A stretch of 44,098 nt of DNA from Verrucomicrobiota bacterium (GTDB lineage: Bacteria > Verrucomicrobiota > Verrucomicrobiia > Opitutales > Coraliomargaritaceae). The notes under the pieces were generated by a model that was not told the origin of the DNA, did no database searches, and saw only the letters and a program-made list of their open reading frames with translations. Position 1 is the first letter of the stretch. Each line of letters opens with the position of its first letter. Positions 10,636 to 20,717 of this stretch are shown here, in pieces. The translations under genes were made by a program, and so were the position numbers. The stretch lies in NCBI GenBank assembly GCA_027620575.1, contig JAQCDT010000001.1, positions 1 to 44,098 on the forward strand, read 5' to 3'.

Positions 10636-11368
10636 GCCTCCACAGAGTCCCTTATCCCTAGAGGCTATTTTAGATATCTTCTTTCCGAGAAGCTGTATTG
10701 AATGTAGTGGGCCTGTAGAAGATTCTCACTATCGGTATATTTGTAAACACTGTGCGGAATCGCTCATACTCGCTCATCCTCCAAATTGTAAGACCTGTGG
10801 CTACCCATATTTTGCAGATAAAATTCTTTCAAAAAACTGCCCACACTGTGCTGAATTAAAACCAAGTTATTCACGAGGCTATACAGTATGCCTTGCAAAA
10901 AAAGTCGGTCGCAAATTGGTGCACAACTTAAAATACAACAATGGGCTTTATTTAAGTCATGACTTAAAGTCCATCCTTGAACAACTTCCCCATCTGAGAA
11001 AAATTTGCCAGGATGCTGTTTTAGTACCCGTTCCCCTTCATCCCACAAAGTTTCGTGAACGAGGCTTTAACCAAAGTAAGGTATTCGCCCAAGTACTACA
11101 AAAGACCTTAAATGCGAATATTCAGATTGCAGATATCTTGATACGCACTCGATTTACTGAATCCCAAACCACTCTATCTAGAGGGCGACGTAAGCAAAAC
11201 ATTCGTAATGCTTTTGCCCTATCTCCAAATATTAAACTCGATTTTGAGAAAAAATATATTTTAATAGACGATGTATTTACAACAGGATCGACCGCAAATG
11301 CCTGTGCCAAAGTCTTAAAAAAGGCAGGCATACCGACAATTGAACTTATAACATTTGGGCACGGATAA
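10601..11368 (+). CDS. comF: ComF-family protein (phosphoribosyltransferase domain with N-terminal zinc ribbons)
   Basis: 255 aa with a GTG start. It has Cys pairs CIEC...CKHC and CKTC...CPHC, followed by the PRTase motif ILIDDVFTTGST. It overlaps the truA 3' end by 35 nt, so the true start is somewhat uncertain. Confidence 0.8.
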   Translation: MDYPSKKSFTSKPPQSPLSLEAILDIFFPRSCIECSGPVEDSHYRYICKHCAESLILAHPPNCKTCGYPYFADKILSKNCPHCAELKPSYSRGYTVCLAKKVGRKLVHNLKYNNGLYLSHDLKSILEQLPHLRKICQDAVLVPVPLHPTKFRERGFNQSKVFAQVLQKTLNANIQIADILIRTRFTESQTTLSRGRRKQNIRNAFALSPNIKLDFEKKYILIDDVFTTGSTANACAKVLKKAGIPTIELITFGHG

Positions 11369-11407
11369 ATGTTGCTTTAATTAAAACTCTAATAAAAAAT
11401 TTAAATT

Positions 11408-12259
11408 ATGGCTATTTTTGGAAAACCACAGTACTCGACGGTCACCGTCAAAAAGAAAGACATTCCTAAAGACGTATGGACAAAATGTCCGAAGACAAAT
11501 GAGATCATTTACAACCGAGTTCTTAAGGAAAACCTTATGGTTGTACCTAATAGTAATTACCACTTTCCTTTGGATGCTCGGTCTCGCATCGAAGCCCTAC
11601 TAGATGAAGGTTCATTCCAAGAGCACGATATACACATTCGTTCTCTTGATCCGCTAAAATTCACTGCTACGGCCAATTATAAAGAGAAGATAAAGCAGAA
11701 TCAAAAAAAGACGAATGAAACCGATACTGTCATTAGCGGAGCAGGGACCATTCACGAAATGCCCGTCAATATTGCGGTCATGGATTTTAGATTTATGGGA
11801 GCGAGTTTAGGATCGGCTGCTGGTGAAAAAATCACCCGTGCCATTGAAAATGGATGCAAAAACAAACACCCTGTCATCATAATTTCTGCTTCTGGAGGAG
11901 CCCGTATGCAAGAAGGGATCTTAAGCTTGATGCAATTAGCTAAAACCAGTGCTGCTCTCGCAAAATTATCCGAACTTAAAGTACCCTTTATCTCAATTTT
12001 GACCAATCCAACCATGGCTGGTGTCATGGCAAGTTATGCCTCACTCGGGGACGTTATTCTTGCAGAGCCCGAAGCCTTAATTGGGTTTGCTGGCCCTCGT
12101 GTGATCAAAGAAACTACACAGCAAGATTTACCCGAAGGATTCCAAACCTCTGAATTCTTACTTGAACACGGCCTCATTGATAAAATTGTACATCGCCACA
12201 AAATGCGTGATACAGTCGGTCGATTGCTCACCGCATTTGGGACAAGTAAAGCATCTTAA
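11408..12259 (+). CDS. accD: Acetyl-CoA carboxylase carboxyltransferase beta subunit AccD
   Basis: 283 aa, colinear with E. coli AccD (VWTKC..., [34 protein letters not shown]). The N-terminal Cys4 zinc ribbon is degenerate (see findings). Confidence 0.93.
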   Translation: MAIFGKPQYSTVTVKKKDIPKDVWTKCPKTNEIIYNRVLKENLMVVPNSNYHFPLDARSRIEALLDEGSFQEHDIHIRSLDPLKFTATANYKEKIKQNQKKTNETDTVISGAGTIHEMPVNIAVMDFRFMGASLGSAAGEKITRAIENGCKNKHPVIIISASGGARMQEGILSLMQLAKTSAALAKLSELKVPFISILTNPTMAGVMASYASLGDVILAEPEALIGFAGPRVIKETTQQDLPEGFQTSEFLLEHGLIDKIVHRHKMRDTVGRLLTAFGTSKAS

Positions 12260-12267
12260 CTTTTCAA

Positions 12268-13539
12268 GTGCCTGACATGCACGATTTAAATAGCGTCACT
12301 GAGTTTCTTTATTCTCTTAGAAATAGAGGCTCTAAATATGGCTTAGAGCGTATGCAACAATTTGCAAAAGCCATAGAAAACCCTGAAAACCGATTTCCTT
12401 CGATTCATGTTGCAGGCACTAATGGGAAGGGTTCTGTGTGCGCCATGCTTGAGTCAATTTATCGCTCTAATGGCTACAAAACTGCACTATTCACTTCGCC
12501 TCATTTAATTCGACTCAACGAACGTATACAAATTGACCGTGTTCCGATCAGCGATCAAGACCTTGCCACTTCTGCAAATGCATTAAGAAATCAATGCAAT
12601 CAGCAATTTGATTCGAACAACTATCCATCCTTTTTTGAATTTATGGTAGCCATTGCTTTTAAGTATTTTGCAGAAGAAGCCGTCGATATCGCCATTATAG
12701 AAACGGGTCTAGGTGGACGGCTAGATGCCACAAATATTTTGAATCCTGAACTCAGTATCATTACAAGCATTGGCAAAGATCATACGGACATTTTAGGCGA
12801 TACGATTGAAGCGATCACTCGAGAAAAAGCAGGGATCATTAAGCCAAATACCCCTATTCTTATCGGCAAGCTACCACAGGTTTCCCAAGCCATGATAAAA
12901 GAAAAAGCACACGACCTAGGGTCCGAATGCTATACTTTAGAAAGCTATACCAAGACACACCCATTGCCGACAACCAATCTCGATGGCACTTACCAAAAAC
13001 AGAATGCTGCACTTGCTAGCTATGCAACTGGCATTCTCACTCAGCGTTTTCCCATACAAGATACCCGTGCCCTAAACCAAGTTGAATGGAAAGGTCGTTG
13101 GCAAAAGTTAACATTAGAAAAGCAAACCCTTATTCTTGATTCCACTCACAACTCTGAAGCCTGTTTGCAACTTGAGGAAAATCTCCTCAAACACATAACT
13201 GAATCTGGGAAAAAGCCGATTATTATTACAGGCATACTTGGGAATGAACGGGCACGTGATATCATGCCTCTTCTCAGTAAGTACACTGAGACCCTTTACC
13301 TTGTTGAGCCCAAACAACCGAGAAGTTGTTCCGCTGAAACACTCGCTTCAATGATTCCAAAATCTCAGCCAGTCCAAACGATCGCCAGTGAAATAAAAGC
13401 ACTCTTTTCGAAAGGCCGCTGCCATATTGGCAAAGAAACAGATACTATTCTAATCACTGGCTCCATCTACTTAATTGCCGAAGTACTGACCATTTTAGAA
13501 GGACAAACCAAAGACCCAATCGGACAAGATTTAATCTAA
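12268..13539 (+). CDS. folC: Bifunctional folylpolyglutamate synthase / dihydrofolate synthase
   Basis: 423 aa in the Mur-ligase family, with the P-loop HVAGTNGKGS and IIETGLGGRLDATN. The start is GTG at 12268; an ATG 9 nt downstream (12277) is an alternative. Confidence 0.9.
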   Translation: MPDMHDLNSVTEFLYSLRNRGSKYGLERMQQFAKAIENPENRFPSIHVAGTNGKGSVCAMLESIYRSNGYKTALFTSPHLIRLNERIQIDRVPISDQDLATSANALRNQCNQQFDSNNYPSFFEFMVAIAFKYFAEEAVDIAIIETGLGGRLDATNILNPELSIITSIGKDHTDILGDTIEAITREKAGIIKPNTPILIGKLPQVSQAMIKEKAHDLGSECYTLESYTKTHPLPTTNLDGTYQKQNAALASYATGILTQRFPIQDTRALNQVEWKGRWQKLTLEKQTLILDSTHNSEACLQLEENLLKHITESGKKPIIITGILGNERARDIMPLLSKYTETLYLVEPKQPRSCSAETLASMIPKSQPVQTIASEIKALFSKGRCHIGKETDTILITGSIYLIAEVLTILEGQTKDPIGQDLI

Positions 13540-13551
13540 CAGGCTAGTTCC

Positions 13552-13569
13552 AAGCGAATGTTTTCGCTT
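13552..13569. terminator. Candidate hairpin in the 28-nt folC/carA convergent spacer
   Basis: AAGCGAA-tgtt-TTCGCTT forms a 7-bp stem with a 4-nt loop. It overlaps the carA stop codon. On the + strand a T5 run follows 5 nt later. The stem is weak and unverified. Confidence 0.3.
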
Positions 13570-14728
13570 ATGCGTTTTTCGCAACTAGATTATAAAAATC
13601 AGTGAACAAAGGATCCGCATCGTTCGGACCAGGTGCCGCTTCTGGGTGGTACTGTACTGAAAATACGGGACGGTCTTTCAGGCGTAAGCCCTCTACGGTT
13701 TCATCATTCAAATTAATTTCTGTGACAATTGCCCCACGATTTTCCAACTGCTCTTTAGTTGAGGCAAACCCATGATTTTGAGATGTGATCGAGACTCGCT
13801 CGGTTTCTAGGTTTTTCACTGGCTGATTGCCACCACGATGACCGAATTTTAGTTTAAATGTTTCTGCCCCAAGAGCGTGCGTAATGATTTGGTGACCTAA
13901 ACAAATACCAAAGGTCGGATATTTTTCAATCAAACTACTGACTGTCTTGTGTGCATAATCGACTGCGGCTGGGTCGCCTGGTCCATTCGATAAAAAGACC
14001 CCGTCTGGACTAAACTCTTCAATGGCTTCTGCAGGAGTGTTTGCTGGAAAAACTCGCACATCAAAACCATGTCTTTGTAACTTACGATAAATTGAATATT
14101 TCGCCCCGAAATCAAGTGCCGCCACTGTGAAACGCTTATCTCTTGATAAGTGATTCATGACTAAGTCTGTTCCTGTCACCGTAAAGCATTTTGACTCTTT
14201 GTGCTCTGGGTCCCAATCGTATTCAGATTTTGCCGTCACTTCTTTTACAAAATCAACTCCAATCAAACCACCGAAATTTTTTGCCAATTCAATTGCTTGT
14301 GCATCGCTGATATCTTCGGTGGAAATACAAGCATTCAGTGCGCCACTCACTCTCAGCTTTTTTGCAATCGCACGCGTATCAATCCCTTCAATTCCGGGAA
14401 TAGAGGCCTCTGCTAAATAAGCTTCAAGAGACGTTGTCGCTCTCCAATTACTCACGACTGGACTCAATTCTCGAACAACAAACCCTTTTACCTTGGGCCC
14501 ATCCGATTCCACATCGTCTTTATTAATCCCATAATTACCTACTTGAACCGCTGTCATGGTGACAATTTGAGAAAAATAAGAAGGGTCAGTGATAATTTCC
14601 TGATAACCCGTTAAGCTTGTATTAAAACAACATTCTCCAACTGAAGTAGCAATCGCTCCAAAGCCCTTTCCTCGGAAAACTGTTCCGTCTTCAAAAGCTA
14701 TTACACCTGAAATTTTATTAGTACCCAT
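13568..14728 (-). CDS. carA: Carbamoyl-phosphate synthase small (glutaminase) subunit
   Basis: It has the class I GATase triad context GICLGHQ and HPEA, and a CarA N-domain ([15 protein letters not shown]). I place the start at the second in-frame ATG (MGTNKISG...), because the 14-aa upstream extension has no CarA counterpart. Confidence 0.93.
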   Translation of the reverse strand: MGTNKISGVIAFEDGTVFRGKGFGAIATSVGECCFNTSLTGYQEIITDPSYFSQIVTMTAVQVGNYGINKDDVESDGPKVKGFVVRELSPVVSNWRATTSLEAYLAEASIPGIEGIDTRAIAKKLRVSGALNACISTEDISDAQAIELAKNFGGLIGVDFVKEVTAKSEYDWDPEHKESKCFTVTGTDLVMNHLSRDKRFTVAALDFGAKYSIYRKLQRHGFDVRVFPANTPAEAIEEFSPDGVFLSNGPGDPAAVDYAHKTVSSLIEKYPTFGICLGHQIITHALGAETFKLKFGHRGGNQPVKNLETERVSITSQNHGFASTKEQLENRGAIVTEINLNDETVEGLRLKDRPVFSVQYHPEAAPGPNDADPLFTDFYNLVAKNA

Positions 14729-14810
14729 TATTTTATACTGTACTGAAAATAAAAATATTAATTCATGCAAATTAATTTATTCCTCTTTTGAATTTATTCT
14801 TTTTTATCCG

Positions 14811-14838
14811 TTGAAATTCTCATATTTTTTAGTATAAA
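14811..14838 (+). promoter_or_regulatory. Candidate sigma70-type promoter for the KamA gene
   Basis: TTGAAA (14811-14816), then a 16-nt spacer, then TATAAA (14833-14838), 17 nt upstream of the ATG at 14855. It lies in a 126-nt AT-rich divergent spacer. This is a pattern match only. Confidence 0.3.
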
Positions 14839-14854
14839 TAACGATACTCCAGTT

Positions 14855-16039
14855 ATGCACACATCTGAGTTTTTCGAACCAATTACAATACAAGATCCTT
14901 GGTCAAATGTCCTTTCTGAAGATTGGAACAATTGGAAATGGCAATTAAAAAACCGAATCACCTCTTTGGAGCAATTAGAGCCGCTGCTTGAATTAAGCCC
15001 TGAAGAACGAGAAGGTTGCCTGTTAGCGAATAAAAAACTCTCTTTAGCCATCACACCCTATTTCTTTAATTTGATCAATCGGTCTGATCCGCATGACCCA
15101 ATTCGGCTTCAAGTGATTCCTCGGGTAGAAGAAACCATCACTCATCAAGGAGAGCTTCTTGACCCGGTTGGAGAAGAAGAGAGCTCTCCAGTTGAAGGCA
15201 TAGTTCATCGCTACCCGGATAGAGTCTTATTTTTAGTCACTGACCGTTGTGCTGCTTATTGTCGCTACTGCACACGCAGTCGCCTTGTTTCAAATGCTCA
15301 AGATTATAACTTTCACCCTAAATACGATGCAGGCCTAGACTATATTCGTAAAAACCCTCAAATCCGAGATGTGCTCCTAAGCGGAGGCGACCCCTTACTA
15401 TTGTCCAACAATAAACTGGATAAGCTTCTTGGAGAACTAAGAGCGATAAAGCATGTTCAATTTATTCGTATCGGTTCGAGAATCCCTGTCTTTCTCCCGC
15501 AAAGAATCGACCCTGAACTCTGTGAGATTTTCAAAAAGCATGGCCCAATCTGGCTCAGTATTCATACCAATCATCCAAATGAATGCACCGTGGATCTGAA
15601 AAATGCTTGTGAACGATTAGCCTTTGCTGGAGTCCCTATCGGCAATCAATCTGTATTGCTCAAAGGAATCAACAATCACGCAGAGACCATGCGAACACTG
15701 ATTCATAAACTCTTAATGATGCGTGTCCGCCCTTACTATCTCTATCAATGTGATTTAATTAATGGAAGTGCGCACCTCCGAACCGATCCAAGGGAAGGGA
15801 TTGCTTTAATCCAATCCCTTCGAGGCCATACTACTGGCTATGCCATTCCACAATTTGTCATCGATGCCCCTGGAGGCGGTGGTAAAATTCCCATCAATCC
15901 AAACTATATTGAATCCATCACTGAAGACGCGATTATCATGAAAAATTACGAAGGGAAAATATACCAGTATCCCCTCAACCAAAAAGCGTCTGCCCACAGT
16001 GCACAATATCCTGATGTCATTGAGCCAATGCTCACATAA
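14855..16039 (+). CDS. kamA: Lysine 2,3-aminomutase (KamA-family radical SAM enzyme)
   Basis: 394 aa with the radical SAM motif CAAYCRYCTRS. It shows strong colinearity with clostridial KamA (WNNWKWQLKNRI, LSGGDPLL, VIDAPGGGGKIPINPNY). Confidence 0.9.
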   Translation: MHTSEFFEPITIQDPWSNVLSEDWNNWKWQLKNRITSLEQLEPLLELSPEEREGCLLANKKLSLAITPYFFNLINRSDPHDPIRLQVIPRVEETITHQGELLDPVGEEESSPVEGIVHRYPDRVLFLVTDRCAAYCRYCTRSRLVSNAQDYNFHPKYDAGLDYIRKNPQIRDVLLSGGDPLLLSNNKLDKLLGELRAIKHVQFIRIGSRIPVFLPQRIDPELCEIFKKHGPIWLSIHTNHPNECTVDLKNACERLAFAGVPIGNQSVLLKGINNHAETMRTLIHKLLMMRVRPYYLYQCDLINGSAHLRTDPREGIALIQSLRGHTTGYAIPQFVIDAPGGGGKIPINPNYIESITEDAIIMKNYEGKIYQYPLNQKASAHSAQYPDVIEPMLT

Positions 16040-16050
16040 GCTAATGATGG

Positions 16051-16068
16051 ATCAGCCCCCTGGCTGAT
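16051..16068. terminator. Candidate hairpin at the kamA/rapA convergent junction
   Basis: ATCAGCC-ccct-GGCTGAT forms a 7-bp stem with a 4-nt loop. It starts 12 nt after the kamA stop, is followed by TTT, and lies over the last codons of rapA. It is weak. Confidence 0.3.
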
Positions 16069-18907
16069 TTAAAACCAAACGCACTGCATCTAAGCGTAAA
16101 TGTGCTTGGTCAATAAATTTCAAAACATCCCGCAATTCTTTCTCAGCGATCTCAAGCTCCCGCTCCGTTATATTTGCATTTACTTTTTTAAGCTCAACTA
16201 AACGCTCGTATTCTTTACCTATGGCTTCCTTCGCCATATCTGATGCACATCTAATTTCTTTTTGACGGCCCGTTTCCGCAAATGACAAAGCGGCTTCCAA
16301 TAATTTGGGGAATAAAGACCTAAGTAATTCTGGACTCTCCTTCACATGAAAAGATGCTTCATTGATTACTTGAGATTGTAGCACTTCCATAGATAACTGC
16401 TCCGATATATTTTTTCCTGAGATATCTACAAGCACTCGTAAGGGCAAAGGTGGAAGAAAGCGATCCACATGTAACTTCACTGGCGCCACACTCTCTAAGA
16501 TAAAAATACACTCAATAAACAAAACCGGCACTTTCGCATCATATTCTTTGAATCGTACGATGCCCGCATTACCAAATTCGCCGCCCACCATTAAGTCCAT
16601 TGCACCACGTACCATCGGGTGATCCCAAGTTAAAAAAGTCATATCTTCACGACTCAGAGCAGCCTTTCGATTAAAGCTCAAAGTCATGCCCTCTTCTGGC
16701 AAATTTGGGAACGATTCTGTATATAAATGCTCTGGCTTAATGAAATATTTTTGAGCTTCTAATCGCTCCACTGTAACGCCAAAAAAATCAAATAACTGGT
16801 GCATCAAAGACTCCAACTTTGAGTCCTTATCCGTTGCATCAATCAAATCCACTAACTTTTTCGCTTTGTTTGGGCGATTCGAATTAATGGCCACCAATCG
16901 ATCCTGACCCTCCCCTAATGATTGTTCCATCTCTTTACAATGCGTGCCTGATTCTTCTAAAAACACCTTCAATTCTTTCTTTGGAAATAGCGCTCCCGCA
17001 ATCCATTCTTCCCCAAAGGCTAACAAGCGATCACGGTACGCTTCATAATATAAATGACCACCCTTCAAAGAATTTTCCATTCCATTTAGAGCTTTGTGGT
17101 GCCAGTCAAATAAAAGCTCTGTCCAGCTTTCTTTAAAATATGGCACATGTATTTGAATTGTGCTTGTCTGACCTATTCGGTCCAATCGACCTATCCTCTG
17201 CTCCAACAATTCAGGGTTTAACGGCAAATCAAATAAAACTAAATGATGTGCAAACTGAAAATTTCGTCCCTCACTTCCGATTTCCGAACAGAGTAAAATT
17301 TGTGCCCCATCCGTATCCGCGAAATAGGCTGCATTCCGATCCCTCTGTATTAAACTCAAGTCTTCATGAAATAACGCCGAATCGACTTTTAACACTTCCA
17401 AGAGACTCGATTGCAGAGCCTCCACTTTTTCTTTTGAACGACAAATCAGCAGTACTTTCTCGCCTTTTAATCCTTTGAGAAATTCCGCAAGCCACTGTAT
17501 TCGACTATCCTGCTTAAAGGAATATGTATAGTTTTTCGCCGATGCTTCTCCATCCCCCTCAATACCCAACTCTTTTTTAAATTCTTCTCGCAAACGAGTT
17601 GCCTGTTCTTCCTTGGATAAACGTTCACTCACTTCTAGTGGATGCGAAACCACTTTTCGTTTAGGAAACCCCTTCAACGCTTTTCGCGTATTTCGAAAAA
17701 TCACTCGTCCCGTGCCATGCCGATCCACTAAAGCTTCTAGTAACTTATCACGATCTTCCAATAATTGATCAAAGGCATCCGCATCCACTTCTTTAAGCAA
17801 GTCTCGCAACAGCGTCTTCGCTTTTTTTGTTAATGCCTTTCTCTGAAAAACCCAATCAGCAACCTTCGCCACCTCATTGTAATGCGAATGCTCTTCAATA
17901 AAATCTCCTAAATTTGGATAGCGATTTACATCTAATAATCGCAGGCGCGCAAAATGCCCCTCTATCCCCATCTGCTCAGGCGTAGCTGTCAATAAAATCA
18001 GTCCATCACAGCGCTCAGATAGTTTCTCGATTATAGCGTATTCCGGACTGACGTTTTCTGGAGACCATTCATAGTGATGGGCTTCATCTACAACTAACAA
18101 ATCCCAATCCACTTCTGTAATCGCTTCAGCCCAACGTTCATTCTGAGTTAAAGTTTCTATACTACACAAAACTAACTGCTCCTCTAAGAAAGGATTTTTT
18201 GAGTCATTTTGCATAGCCGCTGCCGCACAGCGATCCGCATCCATAATTGTAAACCAATGATTAAAACGTCGATAAAGCTCAACAAACCATTGATGCACCA
18301 AAGACTCTGGCACTATGATTAAAATTCGTGATGCTCGGCCGGTTAAGTATAAGCGATGCAAAACTAAACAGGCTTCGATTGTTTTTCCTAAGCCCACTTC
18401 ATCCGCAAGCAAGACCCTCGGACAAAAACGAGACGACACTTCATTGGCAATAAATAATTGGTGGGGGATTAAATCAATACGTCCTCCGAGAAAGCCTACT
18501 GCAGGCGATCGACGGACCTCGCTGTAAGCTTCGATTGTTTGATACCTTAAAGCAAAAGCTTCCATACTGTCCACTTGCCCTTGAAGAATTCGCTCCTCTG
18601 GGTTACTGAAATTTGAACTCTCTGCCAAATCAGATTCTGCAATCATTTGCTCGCCACAATGATAAACAAAAAGCTCATCCAATTCCTCAACACGCTCCAC
18701 CTGAAAGCTCAAACCATCACTCGAACTGATTGTATCGCCTGTCTTATAAATCACTCGTTTTAAAGGAGGATTCTCTGAAGCAAATATCCGACTTTCCTCT
18801 GCGACCGGAAAAGACAAATGTACCTGAAACTTATTCACCTCTTCGACTAAGCCCAATCCTAATTCAGGTTCATTTTCGCTAACCCATCGTTGCCCTACTT
18901 TAAACAT
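16052..18907 (-). CDS. rapA: RNA polymerase-associated SNF2-family ATPase RapA (HepA)
   Basis: The N-terminus MFKVGQRWVSENEPELGLGLV matches the E. coli RapA start (FTLGQRWISDTESELGLG). It has helicase motif I DEVGLGKTIEA and motif II VVDEAHH. The start is placed at the second ATG, since the 9-aa upstream extension is unsupported. Confidence 0.9.
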   Translation of the reverse strand: MFKVGQRWVSENEPELGLGLVEEVNKFQVHLSFPVAEESRIFASENPPLKRVIYKTGDTISSSDGLSFQVERVEELDELFVYHCGEQMIAESDLAESSNFSNPEERILQGQVDSMEAFALRYQTIEAYSEVRRSPAVGFLGGRIDLIPHQLFIANEVSSRFCPRVLLADEVGLGKTIEACLVLHRLYLTGRASRILIIVPESLVHQWFVELYRRFNHWFTIMDADRCAAAAMQNDSKNPFLEEQLVLCSIETLTQNERWAEAITEVDWDLLVVDEAHHYEWSPENVSPEYAIIEKLSERCDGLILLTATPEQMGIEGHFARLRLLDVNRYPNLGDFIEEHSHYNEVAKVADWVFQRKALTKKAKTLLRDLLKEVDADAFDQLLEDRDKLLEALVDRHGTGRVIFRNTRKALKGFPKRKVVSHPLEVSERLSKEEQATRLREEFKKELGIEGDGEASAKNYTYSFKQDSRIQWLAEFLKGLKGEKVLLICRSKEKVEALQSSLLEVLKVDSALFHEDLSLIQRDRNAAYFADTDGAQILLCSEIGSEGRNFQFAHHLVLFDLPLNPELLEQRIGRLDRIGQTSTIQIHVPYFKESWTELLFDWHHKALNGMENSLKGGHLYYEAYRDRLLAFGEEWIAGALFPKKELKVFLEESGTHCKEMEQSLGEGQDRLVAINSNRPNKAKKLVDLIDATDKDSKLESLMHQLFDFFGVTVERLEAQKYFIKPEHLYTESFPNLPEEGMTLSFNRKAALSREDMTFLTWDHPMVRGAMDLMVGGEFGNAGIVRFKEYDAKVPVLFIECIFILESVAPVKLHVDRFLPPLPLRVLVDISGKNISEQLSMEVLQSQVINEASFHVKESPELLRSLFPKLLEAALSFAETGRQKEIRCASDMAKEAIGKEYERLVELKKVNANITERELEIAEKELRDVLKFIDQAHLRLDAVRLVLNQPGG

Positions 18908-19048
18908 AAGAATTGATCTTATACACCTCAACACATGAAGTCAAAACTTGAGTTGACTAAAACACGCCAAACTTTTTTGCCAAAAGCCTATGTGAGATAA
19001 ATCGAATAGATTATTGAATTATAATAAAGAATACTTTTTTATACACAC

Positions 19049-19555
19049 ATGGACAATAAATCTGATCAACCACTCGTTGGAATCATCATGGGAAGCCAAT
19101 CCGATTGGTCGACAATGAAAGAATCTGCTGAGCTTCTTAAATTATTTGAAATTCCTTTTGAGACGGAAATTGTAAGTGCACACCGCACGCCCAAGAAATT
19201 ATATTCCTATGCCGAATCTGCACAATCTCGAGGACTGCAAGTCATCATCGCAGGTGCAGGCGGAGCGGCTCACCTTCCTGGGATGACTGCTGCGATTACT
19301 CCTCTTCCGGTACTCGGAGTCCCTGTGCAATCCAAAGCCCTTGATGGACAAGATTCATTACTTTCAATCGTGCAAATGCCCGCAGGTATTCCTGTGATGA
19401 CTCTAGCCATCGGCATCGCCGGAGCGAAAAATGCCGCCATTTCTGCTGCATCCATTATCGCTCTCAATAATACAGCAGTTCGTGAAAAGCTCGAAACCTT
19501 TCGCAGTCAGCAGACACAAACTGTCATCGAAACCCAACTGCCAAAAGAATCATGA
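19049..19555 (+). CDS. purE: N5-carboxyaminoimidazole ribonucleotide mutase (class I PurE)
   Basis: 168 aa with MGSQSDW and [10 protein letters not shown]. It is followed by purK with an ATGA overlap. Confidence 0.95.
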   Translation: MDNKSDQPLVGIIMGSQSDWSTMKESAELLKLFEIPFETEIVSAHRTPKKLYSYAESAQSRGLQVIIAGAGGAAHLPGMTAAITPLPVLGVPVQSKALDGQDSLLSIVQMPAGIPVMTLAIGIAGAKNAAISAASIIALNNTAVREKLETFRSQQTQTVIETQLPKES

Positions 19556-20691
19556 TATTGCCTGGAGGAACTATTGGCATTCTCGGAGGCGGACAACTCG
19601 GACGAATGCTCATTCAAGCAGGAAGACCGATGGGATACCGCTTCCATATTTTCTGCCCAGAAGCAAACTCCACTGCAGGCCGTATCGCCGACACCTTCAC
19701 ACAAGCCACTTATGATGATTTCGAGGCACTCGAACGCTTTGCACGCTCTGTAGATTGCATCACTTTTGAATTCGAAAACATTCCTTCTGATTCTCTAAAC
19801 AAGCTCAGTGAAATCACCCCGATTCACCCAAAAACAAATGTCCTTCATATTTGCCAGCACAGACAAAGAGAAAAAGATTTTCTTAAATCCAAACAATTTC
19901 CCTGTGTTCAATTTGAATACGCAACCTGCCCAGAAAGCTTAATCCAAGCAGTAAAGACGATTGGCTTCCCTTCCGTCATCAAAACCGCAGCCTTTGGCTA
20001 TGATGGTAAAGGACAAATCAAATTAGACTCTGAAGATTCAATCCAAGATGCAAAAGCTCTATGGGAGACACTCAATAACCCAGACAGAGTCGTCGTCGAA
20101 GAATGGATCGAACATAAAGGCGAGTATTCGGTTGTATGTGCTCGAAACGAACAAGGTGAAAAAGCAAGCTTCCCCGTTTCGGAAAATGTGCACATTCATC
20201 ATATTCTCCACAGCTCAATGGCTCCTGCACCGATTCCAGACACCATTGCTCTACAAGCCCATACGCTTGCCGAACAGCTCGCCGATACACTAGAAGTGGT
20301 CGGACTGCTCGCCGTAGAATTTTTCTTAACCCAAGACGATCAACTCATCGTTAATGAGATGGCACCTCGTCCTCATAACTCTGGTCACTACACAATTGAC
20401 GCCTGTCATACCTCCCAATTTCAACAACACATTCGTGCGATTACAGGACTCCCCCTTGGAAAAACCGACACTCACACACCTGCAGTGATGATTAATATCC
20501 TTGGCGACCTCTGGTCCGAAACGCCTCCCCCTTGGAATCGTTTGTTTAAAAACCCAAGCACTCAACTCCACCTTTACGATAAAGGCGAAGCTCGCAAAGG
20601 AAGAAAAATGGGCCACTTTACTGTATTAGACTCAAACATCAGCCTCGCTAAAAAAGAGGCCGAAGCACTTTTTCTTGAATTGAAAGCCTAA
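19552..20691 (+). CDS. purK: N5-carboxyaminoimidazole ribonucleotide synthase
   Basis: 379 aa with an ATP-grasp fold ([35 protein letters not shown]). Confidence 0.93.
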   Translation: MILPGGTIGILGGGQLGRMLIQAGRPMGYRFHIFCPEANSTAGRIADTFTQATYDDFEALERFARSVDCITFEFENIPSDSLNKLSEITPIHPKTNVLHICQHRQREKDFLKSKQFPCVQFEYATCPESLIQAVKTIGFPSVIKTAAFGYDGKGQIKLDSEDSIQDAKALWETLNNPDRVVVEEWIEHKGEYSVVCARNEQGEKASFPVSENVHIHHILHSSMAPAPIPDTIALQAHTLAEQLADTLEVVGLLAVEFFLTQDDQLIVNEMAPRPHNSGHYTIDACHTSQFQQHIRAITGLPLGKTDTHTPAVMINILGDLWSETPPPWNRLFKNPSTQLHLYDKGEARKGRKMGHFTVLDSNISLAKKEAEALFLELKA

Positions 20692-20717
20692 TCCAACAAA
20701 ACTTCCCCTATTCAATC

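Noticed and set aside
16052-18934. The SNF2 helicase as a possible defence-system component (DISARM-like or other).
   Set aside because: The N-terminus and overall architecture match housekeeping RapA/HepA. There is no methyltransferase, PLD, DUF1998 or other defence partner nearby, and the flanks are kamA and purEK.
18908-19048. A possible purine or ZTP riboswitch in the 141-nt spacer upstream of purE; it contains the hairpin AGTCAA-N8-TTGACT.
   Set aside because: It has none of the conserved purine-riboswitch or ZTP (pfl) core sequences. The 6-bp hairpin is too weak to interpret.
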